Source: Fimbriimonadia bacterium (GTDB lineage: Bacteria; Armatimonadota; Fimbriimonadia; Fimbriimonadales; JABRVX01). Taken from it: a stretch of DNA of 64,000 bases. The stretch is taken from positions 32,001 to 96,000 of the forward strand of contig JBGPGO010000001.1 in the NCBI GenBank assembly GCA_041483895.1, in the 5' to 3' direction. The translations under genes were made by a program, and so were the position numbers. Under the pieces are notes generated by a model. That model saw nothing but the letters and a program-made list of their open reading frames with translations. It ran no database searches and had not been told where the DNA came from. Below are positions 46,229 through 55,715 of this stretch, in pieces (the first letter of the stretch is position 1; every line of letters starts with the position of its first letter).

Positions 46229-47728
46229 TCAGGCAGTCCGCTCGACCGGTCGAAAGGTGGCAGATCGACTCTGCGTCACCTCCTGCGGTGGAGCATAGGC
46301 GGCGTTGAAGAGCTGCGACGGAATCAGGTTCCGCTTCGGCGCGTCGGCCGGCTTCCCGTCGCCGCGATCTTCCGCGAACGCGTCGATGAGTCCGCCTGCG
46401 GTTGATTGCTGGATGTTGACGGCCGTCAATTCCGGCCGGCCAAGCAGATGGATTTGCTGCAGGCGAACCGGCACAGTGAGGTCCGATGCGGCGACTGCTT
46501 CCGCCTGCACGACTACCCTATTTGTGCCTGTCGACCCAGCATCCGGTCCCGCAGCAGCGAGGTCCCCTCCGGCATCTCCCGCCGAAAGCTTGGTCTTGCC
46601 GGCTAGTGCAAAGTAGTGACCCTGTTCGGTCCCGACACCGCCAGTGCTTTTGGCGCCGTCGTTGGTGCCTATCGACCCAGTGCCGTCAGCATCCGGTCCG
46701 GCGGCTGCGAGATCCCCTCCGGCATCTCCCGCCGAAAGCTTGGTCTTGCCGGCTAGTGCAAAGTAGTGGCCCTGCCTGACATCGACATCGCCGGTGCTTT
46801 TGGCGCCGCTGTTTGAATCCGTACCGGTACCATCCTTGCCACCGCCACCACCGGGCGGCGGGTCAATCTTGAGGTCTGAGCCGAGATTGCCATTGATCTT
46901 TTGCGTGCCGGCGCCACCCGTCTGTTCGCCGCCGGTGGTCTTCGTGGTGTCCCCAGTTTCCTTCGCTCCGATTTGATCGACGGTGCCGCTCTTACTGCCA
47001 ATGAGCATCTTCCAATGGCCTCGACCGATCTCGTCGTTGCCAATCTTCCCGGGTGGAGGTAGGACCTGAGTTCCGCTTACACCGTCACCAGGAGGCTTGC
47101 CGTCTGCTACGGTTGCATCTCCGGCGTTGGCGACTGCTCCCGAATTGCGGATGACGCTGTCGGGGTTGATTGTGTTCTGCCTCCCAGGTGGTGGCAAGAC
47201 GATGATGCCGGACGCAGCATCGCCATTGGTTTCCTTCGTTCCGCCGCCAACTTTGTCGGCAGCCCCGACACCTTTTTCTTGTCCGGCAGAGGAAGCATCT
47301 CCTGCGTCGCCAACGGTTCCTTTTCTCATGCCGATCAGCATAAACCAATGGCCTTGGCCCAGGTCAATGCCGTCGGGCACTGAGTTGGCGCCGGCGCCTG
47401 GCTCACTGGCCTTGTCGCCCTGGCCTGGCGGTTGCTGCGATGGCGGGACGCCCGGCGTATCGGGAGGCAATGGCGCCGGAGGAGGAGGGATGATGCCCGG
47501 CAGCATTCCAAATGGAATCTGACCCGGCTCAATCCCCTTGGTTTCGGTTTGGCCTCCCTGGGTCGGTTGACCCTCGGGTCCAGCCTGATTTTTGATTGTT
47601 CCGCCTACCGGAGGTCCGGTCGGCGGGGCTTTCGGGCTCCCTGGAGAGAGACCCTTGTCCGCTTTCGGTGGCGGCCCCAGCAATGCCATCAGCGGGGCCT
47701 GGCTTGCGCCTATAATGACGTTTGCCAA
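46229..47728 (-). CDS. fliK: FliK N-terminal ruler region, G/P/T-rich with internal repeats
   Basis: TTG 47728 after AGGAGG; low complexity; directly upstream of the FliK C-domain and flgD. Confidence 0.65.
   Translation of the reverse strand: MANVIIGASQAPLMALLGPPPKADKGLSPGSPKAPPTGPPVGGTIKNQAGPEGQPTQGGQTETKGIEPGQIPFGMLPGIIPPPPAPLPPDTPGVPPSQQPPGQGDKASEPGAGANSVPDGIDLGQGHWFMLIGMRKGTVGDAGDASSAGQEKGVGAADKVGGGTKETNGDAASGIIVLPPPGRQNTINPDSVIRNSGAVANAGDATVADGKPPGDGVSGTQVLPPPGKIGNDEIGRGHWKMLIGSKSGTVDQIGAKETGDTTKTTGGEQTGGAGTQKINGNLGSDLKIDPPPGGGGGKDGTGTDSNSGAKSTGDVDVRQGHYFALAGKTKLSAGDAGGDLAAAGPDADGTGSIGTNDGAKSTGGVGTEQGHYFALAGKTKLSAGDAGGDLAAAGPDAGSTGTNRVVVQAEAVAASDLTVPVRLQQIHLLGRPELTAVNIQQSTAGGLIDAFAEDRGDGKPADAPKRNLIPSQLFNAAYAPPQEVTQSRSATFRPVERTA
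46537..46810. repeat. 150-bp-period tandem duplication inside fliK
   Basis: cagcatccggtcc...ggcatctcccgccgaaagcttggtcttgccggctagtgcaaagtagtg...gtgcttttggcgccg occurs at about 46537 and 46687. Confidence 0.9.
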
Positions 47729-47912
47729 CGTTGCCACCTCCTCTCGTATGGATGTGGTCAGTAGGATTCTCGGCTTTGTTGGCTGAGCGCAGAGCCGTCA
47801 GCGATACGGGGAACTTTCCGGATTTTGGGGCGTTAGTAGGATGGGAAGACGGTTCATGCAATCCAGTTGAGACGTATCGTACCGTACACTTCTATATCGC
47901 AGTAGCGTTCAC

Positions 47913-47943
47913 CGGCGGCGGGTTGTCTCCTTTCCCGCCGCCG
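47913..47943. terminator. GC-rich hairpin downstream of parE
   Basis: cggcggcggg-N11-cccgccgccg. Confidence 0.5.
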
Positions 47944-47969
47944 TACGATTATGTCGCGGTGCTCCCTCG

Positions 47970-48269
47970 TTATTCGCCAGGATTGAACAGAGTTGAAAGT
48001 TCTCGCGCCCCGTGAACGACTCGAGCAATGGATACCAGGTCGTCAGTCAGCCGGTACAGGATTAGGTAATTACCGACAGGAAAACTGAGTAGCCCAGGAA
48101 GGATATCAGGCCGCATCGTACCAACGCCTGGGTTTTCTGCCAGTCTCTTGCATTTATCGATGATCCGGTCTGTCCAACGAATTGCGTTCTCCATGCTATC
48201 TTTGCTGATATGGTCCTGAATGTCGAACAGGTCTTGACGGGCTATATCAGCGAATTCTAGCCTTGGCAT
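47970..48269 (-). CDS. parE: ParE/RelE family toxin
   Basis: A..DL..I...I..D....A......I...C..LA.NP..G..R......L.SFP...YLI.Y.....I.RV.HG.R. Confidence 0.9.
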   Translation of the reverse strand: MPRLEFADIARQDLFDIQDHISKDSMENAIRWTDRIIDKCKRLAENPGVGTMRPDILPGLLSFPVGNYLILYRLTDDLVSIARVVHGARELSTLFNPGE

Positions 48270-48532
48270 GCTTCACTCGACGTCTTGGCCAGCAGTCGCT
48301 CGGTCAGTTCCACAAAAACGTCGTCCGCAGGCGCGACCCTCCCGGCTTCAATGTCATCTAAGCCCTTCTGAGCTTCGCGCTTGAGGTCCTCGAACTTGAG
48401 CCGTTTCAACTCATCATGGTCATTCAGCAACCGAAGGGCCTCTCGCACTACTTCGCTGACGGAATTGTACATGCCACTGGCGACCTTGGCGGCGAGCATT
48501 TTTTCCAGTTCCGGGGTTAGGGATACGTTCAT
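48257..48532 (-). CDS. parD: ParD family antitoxin (RHH, CC2985-like)
   Basis: MNVSLTPELE......VASG.YNS.SEVVREALRLL; AGGAG RBS; overlaps parE. Confidence 0.92.
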   Translation of the reverse strand: MNVSLTPELEKMLAAKVASGMYNSVSEVVREALRLLNDHDELKRLKFEDLKREAQKGLDDIEAGRVAPADDVFVELTERLLAKTSSEACQG

Positions 48533-48555
48533 AGCTCACTCCTACATTGGATTGT

Positions 48556-48581
48556 ATAGCATATTATAGCATAAAATAGCA
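48556..48581 (-). promoter_or_regulatory. parDE promoter/operator: extended -10 TGCTATAAT within three TGCTAT repeats at 10-bp spacing
   Basis: Minus strand tgctat-ttta-tgctat-aata-tgctat. Confidence 0.7.
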
Positions 48582-48633
48582 AAGATTGACATTGGATGAA
48601 TTCCAGGGCTCCTGCGGGTACCCTTTAGGTCCC

Positions 48634-50277
48634 TTGATTAGAGACACGCTAACCCAGCAAATACGCCAAGCCGTTCGCGACGCGGTGCAGGGCGTCGAAG
48701 CACCGGAGTTCGTCGTCGAGCGGCCGAAGAACCCGGAGCACGGCGATTACGCCTGCAACGTGGCCCTGCTACTCGCCAAAGCCGCGAAGAAGGCGCCCAT
48801 CGCCATTGCCCAGGAGCTCGCCTCCCGTCTCACCGGCGATCCGATCGAAAGCGCGGTGGCCGTTCCGCCGGGTTTCATCAACCTTCGCCTGCGACCGGCT
48901 TTCGTCGCGGGCCAGGTGGACGGGATTTTGCAGGCAGGCACCAAGTTTGGGGAAGCGCATGTCGGCGCCGGGCAAAAAGTGCAGGTGGAATTTGTCAGCG
49001 CAAACCCGAACGGTCCCTTGACCCTCGGTCATGGTCGCAACGGCGTTCTGGGGGATGTGCTGGCGCGGTGTTTGCAAAAAGCGGGATACCAGGTGGAGCG
49101 CGAATTTTACATCAACGACTCACTCACCTCGCTGCAGATGCAGCTTTTTGCCCTCAGTGTCAGGGCGAAGTACTTGCAGCTACTGGGCGTGGATGCGGCG
49201 TTTCCGGAAGACGGATACAAGGGCGAATACGTCGCGGATATCGCGCAGGCATTGCGCGAGAAGAATGGCGATCTATTGGCAGATGGCGATGAGGAAGAAG
49301 TCCGGGTGCGATTCCAACTTCTGGCGGAAGAAGAGATGCTGCGCGAGCAGGAACAAGAAATCAAAGACTATCGCCTCAGCTTCGATCGATTTGTCAGCGA
49401 GCGGTCGCTGCATGACGGCGCGGTCGAAGCGGCAATCGAGGCGATGAAAAAGGGCGGGCATACCTACGAAAAGGACGGCGCGCTGTGGCTGCGTGCGACC
49501 GACTTTGGCGATGACAAGGACAGGCCGCTCGTGCGAAGCAACGGCCAACCGACCTACATCGCCTCCGACGCCGCCTATCACAAGGACAAATACGATCGCG
49601 GATATGACAAGATGATTGTTGTGCTTGGCGCGGACCACCATGGGTATCAGGCCCGCATGCACGCCGTCGTTTCCGCGCTCGGCTATGACCCGGCGAAACT
49701 GGTCATTTTCATCTATCAACTGATCCGGCTGTTTCGCGGCGGGGAACAGGTGAAGATGTCGACGCGCGCCGGCGACATCATCACGCTGCGAGAAGTGATG
49801 GATGAGGTGGGCGTGGATGTTACGCGCTATTTCATGTTGATGCGCTCGCATGACAGCACGCTCGATTTTGATTTGGATTTGGCGAAGAAGCAGTCGGATG
49901 AAAACCCTGTTTACTACGTCCAATATGCGCACGCAAGGATTTGCAGCATCTTGCGGAAGGCGGCGGACGAAGGTCTGTCGCACGAAGGTTTCGATTCGTC
50001 CAAGCTAACTCACCTTATGGAGAAAGCGCTGATCTTGAAGCTGCTGGAGCTGCCCGAGGAAGTCGAACTTGTCGTGAGAAATTTGGCCCCGCATCGGCTG
50101 ACCGTGTACGCGCACGAGTTGGCTCGGCAGTATCATTTATTCTATGATTCCTGCCGCGTGATCGATGCGGACGATCCCGAGAGAACAAAGGCAAGACTCG
50201 CGCTTTGTCTCGCGACGCGCACCGCCCTGCGCAATACCTTCGACCTGATCGGCATCTCCGCACCGGAGCGGATGTGA
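48634..50277 (+). CDS. argS: Arginine--tRNA ligase
   Basis: HGDYACN, GFIN, VEFVSANPNGPL..GHGR, GADHHGY, KMSTRAG, YYVQYAHAR, APERM. Confidence 0.97.
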   Translation: MIRDTLTQQIRQAVRDAVQGVEAPEFVVERPKNPEHGDYACNVALLLAKAAKKAPIAIAQELASRLTGDPIESAVAVPPGFINLRLRPAFVAGQVDGILQAGTKFGEAHVGAGQKVQVEFVSANPNGPLTLGHGRNGVLGDVLARCLQKAGYQVEREFYINDSLTSLQMQLFALSVRAKYLQLLGVDAAFPEDGYKGEYVADIAQALREKNGDLLADGDEEEVRVRFQLLAEEEMLREQEQEIKDYRLSFDRFVSERSLHDGAVEAAIEAMKKGGHTYEKDGALWLRATDFGDDKDRPLVRSNGQPTYIASDAAYHKDKYDRGYDKMIVVLGADHHGYQARMHAVVSALGYDPAKLVIFIYQLIRLFRGGEQVKMSTRAGDIITLREVMDEVGVDVTRYFMLMRSHDSTLDFDLDLAKKQSDENPVYYVQYAHARICSILRKAADEGLSHEGFDSSKLTHLMEKALILKLLELPEEVELVVRNLAPHRLTVYAHELARQYHLFYDSCRVIDADDPERTKARLALCLATRTALRNTFDLIGISAPERM

Positions 50278-50600
50278 AGCCGTTCGTTCTCCATTTCCGC
50301 GACGCGCTGAGGACGGCCGAAGGCGAAATCGAGGTGCGGACTTTGCTGCTGAGAGAGGCCGCCGAGGTGAGCAAATCGGAACTGATCCGTCTAGAGCCAG
50401 GGGCGGTTACACGGGAGCAATCGCATTCCGATGAAGAAGAGGCGTACCTAATCCTGAATGGGCAGGGGTATGTGATTCTCGATGGCGAGGAGCATGCGGT
50501 TGAGGCCCCCTGCTTTGTCTGGATTCCCAGGAATTGCCGGCACTTTGTCCGCGCGGGCGATGGCCCACTGGAATATGTCTACTTTGCGGCTTTCATATGA
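50274..50600 (+). CDS. Cupin domain protein
   Basis: GTGA overlap with argS; HSDEEEAYLILNGQG...WIPRNCRH. Confidence 0.8.
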   Translation: MKPFVLHFRDALRTAEGEIEVRTLLLREAAEVSKSELIRLEPGAVTREQSHSDEEEAYLILNGQGYVILDGEEHAVEAPCFVWIPRNCRHFVRAGDGPLEYVYFAAFI

Positions 50601-51265
50601 GAAACCTTTACCAATTTTAGATCAGCGTCCTGGATCAGTCCGATTCCCGGCGCATAGACCTTGTACTCCTTGCTCCTCGGTTCCAGCGGCGTTGTTTCTT
50701 CCGTTTTGACGCAGTTTTTGAATGTCCCCGCCTTGGTTACCAGCACATGGTCTTTCGCTATGATCTTCGCTCGATCCATCGCGATCTTCGGCGCCACTTC
50801 CTCATAGGAGGCACGGCCCACCTTGATCTTTCCAGGCATCATTAAACCGAATTTTGCCCCGTTCTTGCCGGAACGCCAGGCGCCGTCGTGGCTCACGACC
50901 TTGCCATTCTCGTACATATCGACGTCCTCGCCAAAGTAGTAGAGATCATGCGTCATCTTGTCGATGGCATAGAAGTTACGCGAGACTTCAACGACGTTGC
51001 CGCCTTCGCTCTCTCGCTCTTCCACCACCCGAGTCTCCACGCCATCTACCATTTCGGTGTCCGGGAGGACCGAAATCACGAGGCTATTATCGCCCCCGGC
51101 AAGCTCCAATCGGTGGCCGACCTCCAGGATAAAATAGGGATTCTTGCCCGTCGAAACGAGATTCTTTTTGTCAACCTGGAAATGGTCTGTCCAAGTTTGC
51201 TGGGCGACGGTCATGGAGCACAACATTGCCAAAATGACGGAGACTCGTGTGTTCATAGGTACCAT
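50579..51265 (-). CDS. Hypothetical secreted protein
   Basis: Signal peptide; NPYF.L..G, DGVETRVV, YYFGE, V...AGTF..C, K.YAPGIG. Confidence 0.7.
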   Translation of the reverse strand: MVPMNTRVSVILAMLCSMTVAQQTWTDHFQVDKKNLVSTGKNPYFILEVGHRLELAGGDNSLVISVLPDTEMVDGVETRVVEERESEGGNVVEVSRNFYAIDKMTHDLYYFGEDVDMYENGKVVSHDGAWRSGKNGAKFGLMMPGKIKVGRASYEEVAPKIAMDRAKIIAKDHVLVTKAGTFKNCVKTEETTPLEPRSKEYKVYAPGIGLIQDADLKLVKVSHMKAAK

Positions 51266-51274
51266 TCTATCAGA

Positions 51275-52177
51275 ATGGATGCCGAATTGCTTGCGATTAT
51301 GGGACCTACCGCATCGGGGAAGACCGCCGTCGCGATCGAACTGGCCAGGCGATTGGACGGCGAAATCCTATCCGCTGATTCCATGCAGATCTATCGCGGG
51401 ATGGACATCGGCACCGCTAAGCCCACTCCGGAGGAACAGAGGCAAGTCCGATTCCACGGCATCGATCTCGTTGATATCGGCCAGGACTTCACCGTCGTAG
51501 ACTTCCAGAAGTACGCGACGAAAACCGCCGCCGACATCCGTGAGAGGGACAAGTTCCCCATCCTTTGCGGCGGCACCGGCTTTTATATCCGCGCCTATCT
51601 GGAAGGCTTCACTATTCCCGCGGCGCCCCAGGACCGTGAAACCCGACGACGACTCCAACAGCTGCCCGGACCGGAGCTTCACAAACGTCTCCAAGAGGTC
51701 GACCCGATCGCCGCTGAGAGGATTGAGGCGAATGACGCCTTCCGCATCATCCGCGCCTTGGAGGTCTACGAAACCACGGGCCGCCCGATGAGCGAACAGC
51801 AGGAGCGCAACCCCATCCCTCTCCAAACAGTGAAAATCGTGCTGGAATGGGATCGTGAGGAGCTATTCCATCGGATTTCCCAGCGAACCGAACAAATGCT
51901 GGCCTTAGGTTGGTTGGAGGAGACGCGGAATCTACTGTCGAAAGGGTATAGTGAGGGTCATATCAGTTCGCGGGCCCTAGGGTACCGCCACTTGGTGGCG
52001 CATATCAATGGAGAAATTGCACTGGCTGAGGCCGCCGAACGGATAAAATTGGACACGCGCCGCTATGCAAAGCGGCAGATGACTTGGTTCCGAAAGGAAC
52101 CGAATGTTTGCCGGATAGACGCCAAAGAAGGTGTCCCGGCTACTGTAAATCGAATAATTGCGTTGTTGCATAGTTAG
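51275..52177 (+). CDS. miaA: tRNA dimethylallyltransferase
   Basis: [46 protein letters not shown]. Confidence 0.97.
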   Translation: MDAELLAIMGPTASGKTAVAIELARRLDGEILSADSMQIYRGMDIGTAKPTPEEQRQVRFHGIDLVDIGQDFTVVDFQKYATKTAADIRERDKFPILCGGTGFYIRAYLEGFTIPAAPQDRETRRRLQQLPGPELHKRLQEVDPIAAERIEANDAFRIIRALEVYETTGRPMSEQQERNPIPLQTVKIVLEWDREELFHRISQRTEQMLALGWLEETRNLLSKGYSEGHISSRALGYRHLVAHINGEIALAEAAERIKLDTRRYAKRQMTWFRKEPNVCRIDAKEGVPATVNRIIALLHS

Positions 52178-52185
52178 GAGTCGAC

Positions 52186-52467
52186 ATGCCTAAGGCGATT
52201 AATCTTCAGGACATGTTCCTGAATCAGGTTCGAAAAGAAGGAATCGGCGTTACCGTGTATTTGATTGGCGGGGTTCAGTTGCGAGGGCTCGTCCGAGGGT
52301 TCGACGCATTCACCGTCCTACTGGACAGCCCCGGAAAGCCGACACAGTTGGTTTATAAGCATGCAGTCACCTCGATCGTTCCCGCTCGACCGATCAGCGG
52401 TTATCGACCGGCGCACGAGGTTGGCGAGCACGCGGATTTCCATGATGAACCGCCGATGGAGCAGTGA
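52186..52467 (+). CDS. hfq: RNA chaperone Hfq
   Basis: NLQD.FLN..RKE...VTVYL..GVQL.G....FD.F, QLVYKHA..SI.P; follows miaA. Confidence 0.95.
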   Translation: MPKAINLQDMFLNQVRKEGIGVTVYLIGGVQLRGLVRGFDAFTVLLDSPGKPTQLVYKHAVTSIVPARPISGYRPAHEVGEHADFHDEPPMEQ

Positions 52468-53312
52468 CCCCAGGGTCGCTTAAATTCACCAAGATGCATG
52501 GGATCGGCAACGATTTCGTTGTCGTGGATGATCGCGCCGATCCCATTCCCGAATCCGAGCTTGCTTCCCTTGCCAGCGCGGTCAACAACCGCCGAACGGG
52601 GATAGGGGGGGATGGGCTCATCCTCATTCGCAACTCTTCCGACCACGATTATCAGATGCGGATGTTCAATCCCGATGGCTCCGAAGCGGAGATGTGCGGG
52701 AACGGCATCCGGTGTGTCGGAAAGTATGCGTATGAGCGGGGGATTGTGACATCTCGGTCGGTGACGGTGGAGACGAAGGCCGGCCCGATTGGCATCGAGT
52801 TGGTTGGCGAGCAGGTGCGGGTGGATATGGGTCCTTCGCGCTGGCTTCGGGGTGAGATTCCCGTTGCCGGCCCGCCTTCCGAAACGTTTTTGCGGCAGCC
52901 GGTTGGGGAGTTCGAAGTGACGGCGGTCTCGATGGGCAATCCCCATGCCGTGATCTTCGTTCCGGATGCAACGGCCGTGCCGCTGGCGGAGTGGGGGCCT
53001 CGGCTGGAAAACGATCCGATCTTCCCTGCTCGAATCAATGTTCACTTCGTCCAAGCAGTCTCGCGCGTCGAGATCATCCAACGGACGTGGGAGCGGGGGG
53101 CCGGGGCGACTCTGGCCTGTGGCACCGGGGCGTGTGCCTGCGCCGGGGTTGGGCATCGTCTCGACCTATTAGACGACACGGTGTTGGTCCACCTCCCCGG
53201 CGGCGACCTGACCATCGAGGTGACCCCGTCCACCATCTTCATGACCGGCCCAGCGGTGGAGGTATTTTCCGGGACGTTCCGCCTCGCACCAACGCCACAA
53301 CCGGTTACCTAG
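52464..53312 (+). CDS. dapF: Diaminopimelate epimerase
   Basis: [41 protein letters not shown]. Confidence 0.97.
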   Translation: MTPGSLKFTKMHGIGNDFVVVDDRADPIPESELASLASAVNNRRTGIGGDGLILIRNSSDHDYQMRMFNPDGSEAEMCGNGIRCVGKYAYERGIVTSRSVTVETKAGPIGIELVGEQVRVDMGPSRWLRGEIPVAGPPSETFLRQPVGEFEVTAVSMGNPHAVIFVPDATAVPLAEWGPRLENDPIFPARINVHFVQAVSRVEIIQRTWERGAGATLACGTGACACAGVGHRLDLLDDTVLVHLPGGDLTIEVTPSTIFMTGPAVEVFSGTFRLAPTPQPVT

Positions 53313-53322
53313 GGGTCGAATT

Positions 53323-53892
53323 GTGCTCTACCCGTTGTTACCTTGTATTCCAATGCTGCTGAAGGCGACGACACGTTCCGAGCTTGGACTAGAGGAGACT
53401 CAGATCGAACATATCGAACAATGCTGGAAAGGCAAACGAAGCGAGAGGCGCAGGCCGCGCGGCATGTGGCAAAAGATGCTCCTTTGTCTTACCGACGCAC
53501 AGAGAGAGCGGCTGTTCCAACTTGTACTACAACGATCAGGTGCGACCGCGATTTACCTTGAACCTTTAGCGCAGGAGCGGTTGGGAATTTCGCAATCTCA
53601 ATTGGAGGAGCTTGGAAGACTGCGCGACGATCGTGAGAAGGAAATGGATCGAATCGTGAGATCGAAGAAGCCGACTTCGAAGCCAATGGAGCCGTGGATG
53701 ATGCAAGTGGTCGAGAAGGGTAGAGGGCCGCTGATTGCCGCCATTCTCAGAATGATGGAATTTGGGGATGCCCCGAATCAGCGTTTGGAATCCGGTTCTT
53801 ATGAAGTGCTTACCGAAGAACAAAAGAGCAGATTCGAGGAACTGAAAGGCGTTCCGTTCGATTTCTCAGAATTCAATCGGCGGAGGGAGTGA
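53323..53892 (+). CDS. Hypothetical helical protein with LTxxQ (Spy/CpxP-like) repeats
   Basis: ELGLEETQ, LTDAQRERL.QL.LQ..G, LGISQSQ, LTEEQK..F..LKG.PF. Confidence 0.55.
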   Translation: MLYPLLPCIPMLLKATTRSELGLEETQIEHIEQCWKGKRSERRRPRGMWQKMLLCLTDAQRERLFQLVLQRSGATAIYLEPLAQERLGISQSQLEELGRLRDDREKEMDRIVRSKKPTSKPMEPWMMQVVEKGRGPLIAAILRMMEFGDAPNQRLESGSYEVLTEEQKSRFEELKGVPFDFSEFNRRRE

Positions 53893-53898
53893 CCCGAG

Positions 53899-54498
53899 AT
53901 GTCGACAATATCGTTTTCTCCTCGCGCACCTGTGATTCACCTAATCCTAGATGACTCCGTCCGAGCGGAACTTGGTGTTTCGCCCGATCAGGTCACCCAC
54001 ATTGGCGGGGCGTTTCATCGCGCACGCGCGACCGAAGGGATGCATTATTGGGAGAGGGCCAAAGCGCTTTGGCAAGACGCGATTTCTTTTCTCAGCGACG
54101 TGCAGCGCAAACGTTTGCTCGAGCTTGTATTGCAATACGTGGGCGAAAGGGCAATCGTGTCGGAACCGGACGTCCAATCTACACTCGCGGTGACTCCCGA
54201 GCAACTCACCGGTATCCACTCTCGCGTTGAACAGTTCTTAATGGATCGTGAGCGGGCTTTGATGTATGGACGCGATGAGGAATCGAGCGACGCCCAAAAA
54301 TTCCGCATCCAACAGCATGGACAAGATCCAAGCGCCGCACTCACCGCTCCACTTTACACGATTCGCAAGTTGCAAACACAAGCGAATAGTGATATTAGAT
54401 CGTTGCTTTCCAAGAACCAGCTCGCTGAATGGGAGCGACAAAAAGGAAATCCATTCTCATTTCGCGATTTCCTCCACCTTAGCGCTAACGAATCGTAG
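53899..54498 (+). CDS. Hypothetical helical protein with LTxxQ repeats, paralog of 53323-53892
   Basis: ELGVSPDQ, LSDVQRKRL.EL.LQ..G, LAVTPEQ, LSKNQ...W...KG.PF. Confidence 0.55.
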   Translation: MSTISFSPRAPVIHLILDDSVRAELGVSPDQVTHIGGAFHRARATEGMHYWERAKALWQDAISFLSDVQRKRLLELVLQYVGERAIVSEPDVQSTLAVTPEQLTGIHSRVEQFLMDRERALMYGRDEESSDAQKFRIQQHGQDPSAALTAPLYTIRKLQTQANSDIRSLLSKNQLAEWERQKGNPFSFRDFLHLSANES

Positions 54499-54526
54499 CC
54501 AAGTTTTTGGGTAGCTGCGGGTTCGC

Positions 54527-55648
54527 ATGGAGCCGCGTGACCGAATCACTATCATCATACGCCTGCTTTTGTATATTCTTGTGCTTTTTTCCCCTCGAAA
54601 GACCCGATCATCGCCGCCGATGGACGACAATGGATTTGAGGCGGGAATCTTCGATGTCGGCGCGGCGTTCGTATCCGGCCAGCCCACGGAAGACGCACTT
54701 CGGCGCTACGCAAAACAAGGCGTAACAACTGTCGTCTCCGTGCGCACACAGGAAGAGATGGACGACCGAAAAGCCGTTCCGTTCGACGAGCCCGCCCTTC
54801 TAAAAGAACTCAAGGTCAAATATGTCCACATCCCGATGGGGCCATGTTCGCCGGCGCTCGTAAAGCAGTTCGCCGAAGCGATGGACAACGCGCACGGAAA
54901 GCTGCTGCTCCACTGCACCGTTGCTTGGCGCGCCACCTACATGTGGATGGCCTACCTCATCTCCTACAGACACTATTCCGTAGACGACGCATGGAAGGCC
55001 GGGATGCAGATGAGCGTCACTGTGGACCGCTCCGCGATGATGCTGGATTCCGATGTCTCCTACACAGCAACGCCGCACAGAGACGGCGCGCGCAAACCAA
55101 AAGAGGGCGTGCTTTCCAAACCGGGCTCAAAGTTGAAAATTACATCACCAAGAGTGATGAACGCGCCAACAGGCCATTGGCCGGAATTCGTCATGTGGGA
55201 CCTCGGAGACATCTTCAACGCCGCGCAACCGGACGAAAAGCGCCTTAGGGAGCTGGCCGCGCAAGGCGTCAAGACAATTGTCAATCTTCGCGCGCCGCAG
55301 GAGATGGAGGCCCTGAAGAAGCGCGGATTCGATGAAGAGGCGGTCGCCAAAGAGCTGGGGATGAAGTATGTCAACGTGCCGATATCGGGTTGGCAGACGT
55401 TCACTCCCGCCAAGCTCACGGAAATTGCCGAAGCGTTCGAGCACGCAGAGGGCCGCATTCTCTACCACTGCCAATCGGCCAGTCGCACGACGCAAGCGCT
55501 CGTTCCCTATCTGGTCAAATACCAGGGAATGTCGCTGGACGAGGCGACGAAGGTAGGCGAGTCGATGCGGTGGACGAACATGCTGCCCGAGCTCCTCGGC
55601 GCGGACTTCAGCTGCACGCTAAAGGCCAAGGCGGCGCCCGGCCACTAA
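54527..55648 (+). CDS. Tandem DUF442/TIGR01244 (phosphatase-fold, sulfurtransferase-like) domain protein
   Basis: Two copies of 'QP.......G..T.V..R...E...Y.H/N.P' with HCTVAWR and HCQSASR CX4R loops. Confidence 0.75.
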   Translation: MEPRDRITIIIRLLLYILVLFSPRKTRSSPPMDDNGFEAGIFDVGAAFVSGQPTEDALRRYAKQGVTTVVSVRTQEEMDDRKAVPFDEPALLKELKVKYVHIPMGPCSPALVKQFAEAMDNAHGKLLLHCTVAWRATYMWMAYLISYRHYSVDDAWKAGMQMSVTVDRSAMMLDSDVSYTATPHRDGARKPKEGVLSKPGSKLKITSPRVMNAPTGHWPEFVMWDLGDIFNAAQPDEKRLRELAAQGVKTIVNLRAPQEMEALKKRGFDEEAVAKELGMKYVNVPISGWQTFTPAKLTEIAEAFEHAEGRILYHCQSASRTTQALVPYLVKYQGMSLDEATKVGESMRWTNMLPELLGADFSCTLKAKAAPGH

Positions 55649-55715
55649 TTGGGACCCCCATGCGCGGACTTTCCATCCGAGAATATAATAGAAGTCGAAA
55701 CGATGGAAATCCGCC

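Noticed and set aside
47740..47880. Sigma-28 promoter or c-di-GMP riboswitch upstream of fliK
   Set aside because: GCCGAGAA resembles a sigma-28 -10 but has no properly spaced TAAA -35, and no riboswitch consensus is recognisable.
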